From an uncultured Bdellovibrionales bacterium (GTDB taxonomy: Bacteria; Patescibacteriota; Minisyncoccia; Moranbacterales; UBA1568): a DNA stretch of 40,888 bases. Below are positions 18,955-25,270 of the stretch, piece after piece; the stretch's first letter is position 1; every line of letters starts with the position of its first letter. The DNA is taken from assembly GCA_964398485.1 (NCBI GenBank), contig CAYNMD010000004.1:1-40888 (forward strand), given 5' to 3'. The position numbers were made by a program, and so were the translations under genes. The notes below the pieces were generated by a model. It saw nothing but the letters and a program-made list of their open reading frames with translations. It ran no database searches and was not told where the DNA came from.

Positions 18955-19431
18955 ATGGCAGGGCCTCATAGCGCGCTTTATAGAGAGAGTCAAGCTGATT
19001 TTTTTCGCATGCGAAACAAAGTTAGTTTCACCGGAGAAAAGCCATCGTGGCTTCTCTATATGATAGTGGGAGTATTTGCGCTCCTTAAGGATATGCTCGA
19101 TATTGTTTTTGGTGTGTTTCCTGGTCTTGGGACGGTTGTTAGCTTAACGTTAGGATTTGGTTTTTCGGTGATTATTTTTCTTCTCCTTTCTATTTTTGAT
19201 CGCTCTGGGGCTGGGTCAGGTAAGAATCGAGCTGTTGCGAAGCAGTTTACTCGTCGTTTTATTACCCTCTTGGGAACGCTATTAGTGGATATACTTCCAA
19301 TTGTAAATTTTCTTCCCGTGGCGACACTTTCTATCATGATTTTGTATTGGCTCGCCAAACGAGATTGGAAGAGGGGGCAGCGGACGCATCAGAAAGAGCT
19401 GCGCCAAATGCAGAGAATGTTGTATGCTTAA
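18955..19431 (+). CDS. Small integral membrane protein (3 predicted TM helices) in the T4SS-like operon
   Basis: Hydrophobic segments WLLYMIVGVFALL, LGTVVSLTLGFGFSVIIFLLLSIF and LPIVNFLPVATLSIMILYWL, with a basic C-terminal tail. No family recognised. Confidence 0.55.
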   Translation: MAGPHSALYRESQADFFRMRNKVSFTGEKPSWLLYMIVGVFALLKDMLDIVFGVFPGLGTVVSLTLGFGFSVIIFLLLSIFDRSGAGSGKNRAVAKQFTRRFITLLGTLLVDILPIVNFLPVATLSIMILYWLAKRDWKRGQRTHQKELRQMQRMLYA

Positions 19432-19443
19432 AGAAAGGCATCT

Positions 19444-20118
19444 ATGCATACACTCATGTTGATACTGGCCAGAAATAAAGAGTTCTTGGTGACTTCCTTG
19501 GTGGTGATGGTCTCTATTCTTTTTCTTGGTTATTTTAAAGAAAGTAGTCAAATCAGCCCAGCTTTACAGGGGCTTATAGTAGCCGTGGCTGTTTTTTTGG
19601 TAATACCTTTGTTTTATTGTAAAATAGTACTGGAGCAGCCACTTTCGAGGCTTGGTTTTCAGAGGGGGAATCCTTGGGCAGGGATTGGCGGGTCAGTGCT
19701 TGCTCTCGGTATTGCTCTCAGTGCCCTTTTTGTTCTTTGGAACTTCACCCCTCTTTTGGAGGGGTACCGCCTCCCAGTGGCTGTTGAAGAGCAATTTCTT
19801 TTCTTCGTTCTCTATGAAGTTTTGCTCAATGGTCTTTTTCTCTTTCTGTTTGAAGTGTTTTTTCGGGGAATGATCCTTCTTCTGTGGTTAAGGGACTTTC
19901 GTATTTGGGGAGTGTTTCTCCAAGCCCTTGTCTTCACCGGTATTCTTTATCTGAGTGGCGATATGAGCAACGGTATCAATCCTCAGACTCTCCCAATGCT
20001 CCTCTTTGCTCCTTTTGCTGGTCTAATTGCGTATCAGTCACGATCAATTTGGTATAGCTTTGGGGCCTCGTGGTTTTTTATTCTTCTCGTAGATGCGCTC
20101 GTGCTTATTTTACGTTAA
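19444..20118 (+). CDS. CPBP (CAAX protease/bacteriocin-processing, Abi) family intramembrane protein, apparently catalytically degenerate
   Basis: Polytopic protein with a motif-1-like FEVFFRGM (canonical EExxxR-G). The conserved FxxxH and HxxxN/D histidines are absent; the only His in the protein is residue 2. Confidence 0.6.
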   Translation: MHTLMLILARNKEFLVTSLVVMVSILFLGYFKESSQISPALQGLIVAVAVFLVIPLFYCKIVLEQPLSRLGFQRGNPWAGIGGSVLALGIALSALFVLWNFTPLLEGYRLPVAVEEQFLFFVLYEVLLNGLFLFLFEVFFRGMILLLWLRDFRIWGVFLQALVFTGILYLSGDMSNGINPQTLPMLLFAPFAGLIAYQSRSIWYSFGASWFFILLVDALVLILR

Positions 20119-20123
20119 TACCT

Positions 20124-23078
20124 ATGTTATTTTCAGTACATCCAAAAAGGACATTTTTGCAAAAGATTTTTAGCCTGTTTGGAATTATCGGTCTTTTACT
20201 CCCTTCGACGACACCTATTTATGCAGGCCTTTTTAGCGCTCCTAAAGTGCCAATGCCAAATGCCAATGAATTTGCTTCTGACATGGAACAGCGCTATCAC
20301 ATTAATACTGAAAATATCCAGGATCAGGGAGAAACACTCAATGTAAGCGAGAACAAAAAAGGAACTCCACAAGTATCTCTTTTCTTTACCCCAAGCGACC
20401 CTCAGGAGGGTCAGAAGGTTACTGCTCGCGCCTTTCCAATCTATTTTTCTAGCGAGTCTAGTGAAATGTACTTTACCTGGTATCTGCAGCGAAAAGAGTG
20501 TGTCAAGAATAACGCACCTTCTGCAGCTGTCCGGACTCGCTGTGACCTCAATAATGATAGTCGAATAAATGTAGAAGATTGGAAGATTGAAGCGGCAAGA
20601 ATTATTGCAACCAATGGTTATGATGCTAACTACACCAATTATTCAGCGGACTCAGACAATGATGGTTACACGGCTCGTTTTGGCGGTGACAGCCGGGTCA
20701 ACGTTCCCAATCACTGTTATTATCATGATAACTCAAAAGGGGAAAATTATGAGTTGGTAGGCGATGCTGGTACGACAACTTTTAATTGCGCCAGTGGATT
20801 ACAGCCCGTCTGCATGGAAGCGAATGTGGCCGTCGACCCCGGGGAATTTAGTGCTGGTGGCACGGGTGGTACAGGTACAGGTGGTTCTGGCTCAGGTGGT
20901 GATGGTGGCGGCTCTGGAACGGGTGGCTCCGGTGGGTCTGCTACTGGCGGTACTGGTACTGGGGGAAATGGATCGGTCATTGGTGACTCGTTTGATGTAA
21001 CTGGTAATGGTGACACGGTGACTGGCTTCCCATACTGTTCTGGTGGTACCGTCGCTTGTATCACTGGTACCCCTTGTTGTGTGAGTAATCCATCCACGGC
21101 TACAAATTGTACCGTAAATATCACGGGGTCATCATGTTCTGCCGAGACAAGCGGTGATAGTGGGCCAGTTTGTAGACATCTCTTTCCTAAACCTTCAGGA
21201 TTTACAAGTGGAGATGGTGATTTTGGTAAAGATGAAGAAAGATTTTGGCGCACCGATCCAAGTGATCCGAATACTTCTGATAATGGCAATAAAGACGAGG
21301 CTAATGTAGTTGGTCTTGGTCAGGAGGGATTTACTTGGAACTATAGTCGAGGAGACAAGGTCGGAGTGGTGGTTGAGGGCGCCTCGATGATTCCTACCAA
21401 GCATGATGATTCGTCAAACATGATCATGTGGGCGTTTTCCAAAAATACTTGTGACTACAGGAAATATGGAGCTGATGTTGGGACCTATCAGAAATCGGTA
21501 CGTGGTTATACTGTGACAATTCCCACAACGGATCTTGATATTAATAATTGCCTTGAAGACAACTTGGTTGACCCTCTGGAGGGTGGGCAAGGAACGGGTC
21601 TCGAAGTAGAACTCAATGCTACCCCAACTGATCCAATAAATGATAGTACTGGTGGTAATACGGGGGATATTATTACAGTTACCACAAGTGTAAATAATTC
21701 TTCGCAAGAGCTTCGTAGTACTTTCTTTGATTGGAAAGTGTACATATCCAAAGATGGGACAGCCAATCCAACGGCTGGCTGGGAGAATATCAATGCTTAT
21801 CTCATGGGTCAAAAGATGTTGACCCAGACCAAAGGAAATGGTCTTGATTCTTTGACGCTTGCTCTCAATGTGCCTGACGCTGATGTGAGGCGTTTTCTTT
21901 CTGGAGGAGTAGGATACCTTAAGTTTCAGGTGGATGTAGCTGAAAACTTTTCAGCCTCTGGAGCGAATCGTCGTGGTAAGTCAGATATTATTGTTAAATT
22001 TATCTCGACTGCTGAGCGTATCGCTGCCTATATCGTGAATGTAAATGGTGATCCTGCCAAACTCTCTCTCAATGAACAAAAAGAAATTTGTAGTGGTACG
22101 GTAAATCCGGCTGATAATGAAGAACGAAAGATTCTTACCAAGCTTGATGCTAAACTCTGTCGAGTGATCAAAAATGAGATTATTGGTCTCAAGGTGATCT
22201 ATCCGACTGATGGGAATGCCTTTACGAATTTCAACTGGACGATCAATGGCTTGCCCCTCGTGTGTAATACACAGGTATCAGCGAGTTGTGCTAATGAGGC
22301 TCAGGGGGGGATAAACTTTTTCCCTATAATTGGAAATATTGGTGATGTCTTTACTATTACTGTTTCTGCGACACGTTCTCAGGATGTGGCTGGGATTTTT
22401 GATACCGATGTCACTCGTCCGACAGTGAGCGAGAAGACTATTACGCTCTCTCGAGCCTTCAAAATAGTAGAGCCAGGAGTCTCAATAGCTTCAGCTGATA
22501 CTGATCAAGCCTGGCCAAAGGTCTTGGGAAAGTATGTTGATGCTAATGGGAAGCAGTATACTGATTACAGCAAGACAACCCTCCAAGCCTTTGCTGGTTC
22601 AACAGTAAGACTCAAAGCAGAGTTTACCCCTGACTTTCTTGGTTCCTATACTCCGCCACAGGTAGAGCGATCCTGGGCAGTGGATGGCGAGTCTGTGGGG
22701 GATGGTACGAGTAACGAAATTAGTTTTTCTACTCTGAAAAAACCTGGAGAGATATATAATGTCACGCTTTCTTCGGCATATCGCCCAAGTGCTCTTGTAA
22801 GAAAGGCTCTGCAGGATATTTGGAAAATCTCTGCCTTGGACTCGACAGAACTCTATTTCAAAACAGAATCGCAATTGGAGCATCCGGAGCAGGTTGATCT
22901 TGGGAAGGCAGGACAAAACAAGTATCTGGCGCTTCTTTCGAGCTATGTGCCAGCGCCACTCTTGTTTGCGGTAAGGATATTTCTTTCTGTGGGACTCATT
23001 ATCTTTGTGACCGGATTTCTCTTTGCTCTTATCCCTAATGCTCCTACAAGACCAGCCGCTTTTATTCGAAGGCGTTAG
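20124..23078 (+). CDS. Large (985 aa) secreted, Cys-rich, C-terminally membrane-anchored protein with Ca-binding-type Asp loops, a Gly-rich linker and repeated Ig-like modules
   Basis: Signal-like IFSLFGIIGLLLPSTTPIYA. Asp loops CDLNNDSRINVEDW and ADSDNDGYTARFGGD (dockerin/thrombospondin-type-3-like). Linker is the 40-aa tract GGTGGTGTGGSGSGGDGGGSGTGGSGGSATGGTGTGGNGS. Cys cluster CSGGTVACITGTPCCVSN..C..C..C. Recurrent FxW..xG strands. C-terminal TM FLSVGLIIFVTGFLFALI followed by RRR. ATG 20124 is chosen over the listed GTG 20070, which would overlap the previous gene. Confidence 0.7.
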   Translation: MLFSVHPKRTFLQKIFSLFGIIGLLLPSTTPIYAGLFSAPKVPMPNANEFASDMEQRYHINTENIQDQGETLNVSENKKGTPQVSLFFTPSDPQEGQKVTARAFPIYFSSESSEMYFTWYLQRKECVKNNAPSAAVRTRCDLNNDSRINVEDWKIEAARIIATNGYDANYTNYSADSDNDGYTARFGGDSRVNVPNHCYYHDNSKGENYELVGDAGTTTFNCASGLQPVCMEANVAVDPGEFSAGGTGGTGTGGSGSGGDGGGSGTGGSGGSATGGTGTGGNGSVIGDSFDVTGNGDTVTGFPYCSGGTVACITGTPCCVSNPSTATNCTVNITGSSCSAETSGDSGPVCRHLFPKPSGFTSGDGDFGKDEERFWRTDPSDPNTSDNGNKDEANVVGLGQEGFTWNYSRGDKVGVVVEGASMIPTKHDDSSNMIMWAFSKNTCDYRKYGADVGTYQKSVRGYTVTIPTTDLDINNCLEDNLVDPLEGGQGTGLEVELNATPTDPINDSTGGNTGDIITVTTSVNNSSQELRSTFFDWKVYISKDGTANPTAGWENINAYLMGQKMLTQTKGNGLDSLTLALNVPDADVRRFLSGGVGYLKFQVDVAENFSASGANRRGKSDIIVKFISTAERIAAYIVNVNGDPAKLSLNEQKEICSGTVNPADNEERKILTKLDAKLCRVIKNEIIGLKVIYPTDGNAFTNFNWTINGLPLVCNTQVSASCANEAQGGINFFPIIGNIGDVFTITVSATRSQDVAGIFDTDVTRPTVSEKTITLSRAFKIVEPGVSIASADTDQAWPKVLGKYVDANGKQYTDYSKTTLQAFAGSTVRLKAEFTPDFLGSYTPPQVERSWAVDGESVGDGTSNEISFSTLKKPGEIYNVTLSSAYRPSALVRKALQDIWKISALDSTELYFKTESQLEHPEQVDLGKAGQNKYLALLSSYVPAPLLFAVRIFLSVGLIIFVTGFLFALIPNAPTRPAAFIRRR
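20850..20975 (+). repeat. GGT/GGC-rich low-complexity coding tract (poly Gly-Thr/Ser linker)
   Basis: About 125 nt of imperfect GGY-NNN-GGY repeats encoding SAGGTGGTGTGGSGSGG...GNGS. The tract creates the Pro-rich shadow ORF on the opposite strand (20747-21289). Confidence 0.8.
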
Positions 23079-23110
23079 TAAGATTTGGTGGGTAGTAGTA
23101 GAAAATAAAA

Positions 23111-23136
23111 GCACCAGAAGTACACTGGTGCTTTTT
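23111..23136. terminator. Bidirectional rho-independent terminator
   Basis: Stem GCACCAG (23111-23117) pairs with CTGGTGC (23125-23131) around the 7-nt loop AAGTACA. It is followed by TTTTT (23132-23136) and preceded by an A-run (AAAATAAAA). It lies between the convergent T4SS-like operon and the minus-strand tRNA-Leu. Confidence 0.8.
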
Positions 23137-23137
23137 G

Positions 23138-23221
23138 TGCCGCGGGAGAGACTCGAACTCTCATGCCTTTGCAGGCGCCAGCTCCTAAGGCTGGTGTGTC
23201 TACCAATTCCACCACCACGGC
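23138..23221 (-). tRNA. tRNA-Leu (anticodon TAG), class II with long variable arm, no encoded CCA
   Basis: Reverse complement reads GCCGTGG TG ... CCAGC CTTAGGA GCTGG ... long variable arm ... GAGAGTTCGAGTCTCTC CCGCGGC A. Acceptor stem has 7 bp (one G-U); T-loop TTCGAGT. The 3' flank is CAA. Confidence 0.9.
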
Positions 23222-23224
23222 TTA

Positions 23225-23536
23225 TTAGGCGAGAAGAGTTAATTCTCCCGCGCTACTGCGTATCCTCTCTATCTCTTCTCGGAGCGCCCCCTCATGATCG
23301 TATTCCCCATGATGACGAGTCTCTTGTCCGTACGTCTCCTTTTTTTGATCTAAATGAATACTGAAAACATATCTACCAGATTCAGTTTTAACATAACAAT
23401 GGAATCGAGGAAAGCCCCCTTGACCAAGAGGGCGGACGAAGCTCATCTCATTTTCCTTTTGATACTGAAAAATATAGCCAAGCCTACGCATAATAGTAAC
23501 GGCATTATCAGTAGTATGATCAAGAGTGAAACGCAT
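23225..23536 (-). CDS. Hypothetical 103-aa protein located exactly between tRNA-Pro and tRNA-Leu
   Basis: ATG 23536 (MRFTLDHTTDNAVTIMRRLGY...FPRFHCYVKTESGRYVFSIHLDQKK...HHGEYDHEGALREEIERI). The longer listed ORF start (23611) would run through tRNA-Pro. Tandem stops TAA-TAA (23227-23222) abut tRNA-Leu position 1 (23221). Purine-rich AAGAAGAAAGAAGAG lies upstream of the ATG. Confidence 0.5.
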   Translation of the reverse strand: MRFTLDHTTDNAVTIMRRLGYIFQYQKENEMSFVRPLGQGGFPRFHCYVKTESGRYVFSIHLDQKKETYGQETRHHGEYDHEGALREEIERIRSSAGELTLLA

Positions 23537-23563
23537 ATTCTCTTCTTTCTTCTTTGAATTATG

Positions 23564-23637
23564 TGGTCGGGGTGCCGGGAATTGAACCCGGATTACATGC
23601 ACCCGAAGCATGCGTAATGCCGTTATACCACACCCCG
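23564..23637 (-). tRNA. tRNA-Pro (anticodon CGG), CCA encoded
   Basis: Reverse complement reads CGGGGTG TG GTAT AACGGCA TTAC G CATGC TTCGGGT GCATG TAAT CCGGG TTCAATT CCCGG CACCCCG A CCA. It folds as a full cloverleaf with G37 3' of the anticodon. Confidence 0.9.
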
Positions 23638-23656
23638 TGGGAGGTCGTCTGATCCC

Positions 23657-25246
23657 TTACTGAACTCTATGGACGTCCTTGATATTCTGATCATCCTCGA
23701 GGCGTTTTTCCTCAATTCGTTCCTTGGCGAGAGAACGTAAAGTTTCCAGGTCATTATCCATGAGTTTATGAGCTCGGTCAAGAAGGACGTCCCGTTCATT
23801 TTTCTTGGCATCTTCAATGACTTCGGCTAGAAGACAATCAAGAAGTGCTCCAACCTTTGGTCCAGGCTTCAGCTTTAGCTTTTCCATGAGTTCCTTTCCA
23901 TCGATTTTGAGCATTTTAACAGAAATAGCATCTCGGGAAACCTTATCAATCATGTATTCGAGGTGGCGGAGTTTGTAGGGTTTAGCTTTGGGTACCCCTG
24001 ACCCGAGTCGATCACCAATACGGACAGCCATAAGATCATCCATATTTTCTGGTCCAACTCTCCGAAGAAGGCGGCGGACACTTGCCTCAGTGACTTCACC
24101 AACATTGTAATAGAAGAGATGGTTATCGACGAGTAGAGAAGCATGATCAATTATTTTTTTGGGATAGCGAAGTCTTTCAAGAACCCGTTTTGTTATACGA
24201 GCACCGACATGATCGTGATTGTAGAAGGTAGCGCGATAACCTTCACCACGTTTTGTATCAGGCTTACCAATATCATGAAAGAGAGCAGCCAGTCGCACGG
24301 CGAGCTTATCAGATGGACAAGTCTCGAGCGCTCTCAGGTTATGTTCCCAGACGGTATAGATATGGTGGAGATTTTGTGTGACGCCTATACCTCGCTCGAG
24401 CTCAGGGAGAAAATAGCCAAGAACATGAGCTTCGTGGAGTAATTCTATTCCTTGGCGAGGATGTGAAGAGGTAACAATACGAGAAAATTCATCCCGGATC
24501 CTCTCAATGGAGAGGGCTCCTACTCGGCTTGAGAGGTTTCGGAGAGCATCCCACGTAGAGGGTTCAATTGTCCAGTCAAGTTTTTCCCTCTTCCAGTCAC
24601 CACTCGAGAGTTCGGTAACGAGGCGAATAGCTCGGAGAATACGGAGAGCATCTTCCTCAAATCGTTCTGTAGGATTACCTACAGCACGAATTATTTTTTG
24701 ATGAAGATCATCTTTCCCCCCGAAGGGATCAATAAGAGTAAGGCTGCAGGAAATTAATTGAGTGTCGCTTGGCTTGTCTGGAGAGGTACTGATTGATTGG
24801 TTTAACTTGGCAGCAAGAGCATTGACGGTAAAATCACGACGACCCAGGTCTTCTTCAATCGTTTCAACAAACTCCACAATATCTGGGTGTCTCTGATCAG
24901 TGTAGTTTGATTCAGTGCGATAGGTCGTTACTTCGATGAGATCAGTTGCTTGGTCTTCTGGTGTTGTTTTGAGGAAGCGCCCTACTTTTATACCCACCGT
25001 GCCGAAAGTATTTTCGTATACTGACTCAGGAAAAATTTTCTGAATTGCCTCAGGTTTAGCATCGGTAGTGATATCCCAATCTTTTGGTTCACGACCAAGA
25101 AGGAGATCACGGAGTGATCCACCAACGACAAAAGCCTCGAAACCATGAGTTTCAAGAAGACGAACAACATCAACAACTGGTTGAGGAATGTCTACACGCA
25201 TTAAAAAATCATTATTCCCTGTGCGAAAAAGAGCTGATTTTTGCAC
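23657..25246 (-). CDS. cca: CCA-adding tRNA nucleotidyltransferase (PolyA_pol head domain plus HD domain)
   Basis: Head-domain motif VVGGSLRDLLLGREPKDWDITT; RILRAIRLVTEL; HD motif LAALFHDIGKP. Alternative start ATG 25201 (MRVDIPQ...). Confidence 0.85.
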   Translation of the reverse strand: MQKSALFRTGNNDFLMRVDIPQPVVDVVRLLETHGFEAFVVGGSLRDLLLGREPKDWDITTDAKPEAIQKIFPESVYENTFGTVGIKVGRFLKTTPEDQATDLIEVTTYRTESNYTDQRHPDIVEFVETIEEDLGRRDFTVNALAAKLNQSISTSPDKPSDTQLISCSLTLIDPFGGKDDLHQKIIRAVGNPTERFEEDALRILRAIRLVTELSSGDWKREKLDWTIEPSTWDALRNLSSRVGALSIERIRDEFSRIVTSSHPRQGIELLHEAHVLGYFLPELERGIGVTQNLHHIYTVWEHNLRALETCPSDKLAVRLAALFHDIGKPDTKRGEGYRATFYNHDHVGARITKRVLERLRYPKKIIDHASLLVDNHLFYYNVGEVTEASVRRLLRRVGPENMDDLMAVRIGDRLGSGVPKAKPYKLRHLEYMIDKVSRDAISVKMLKIDGKELMEKLKLKPGPKVGALLDCLLAEVIEDAKKNERDVLLDRAHKLMDNDLETLRSLAKERIEEKRLEDDQNIKDVHRVQ

Positions 25247-25270
25247 GGGATTCGATCGAGAGAGGCGGTT

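Noticed and set aside
20747-21289. 180-aa Pro-rich minus-strand ORF (PPVPVPPVADPPEPPVPEPPPSPPEPEPP).
   Set aside because: It is the complement of the GGT-rich Gly linker of the 985-aa gene. Gly codons GGN read as Pro CCN on the other strand, so this is an artefactual shadow ORF.
9505-23221. An integrative conjugative element bounded by the Xer-type recombinase on the left and tRNA-Leu on the right. The 3' end of tRNA-Leu faces the T4SS-like operon.
   Set aside because: No relaxase, coupling protein or replication/partition genes are present. The recombinase looks like a housekeeping XerC/D type rather than a phage-type integrase, and it lies at the far end from the tRNA. By eye I found no copy of the tRNA-Leu 3' segment (GAGACTCGAACTCTC...) near 8.2-10.6 kb that could serve as a second att site. 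A computational repeat search (tRNA 3' half against the whole contig) would settle it.
23537-23611. N-terminal 25-codon extension of the small ORF (listed start 23611).
   Set aside because: The extension overlaps tRNA-Pro (23564-23637). The internal ATG 23536 lies 27 nt beyond the tRNA 3' end, so it was used instead.
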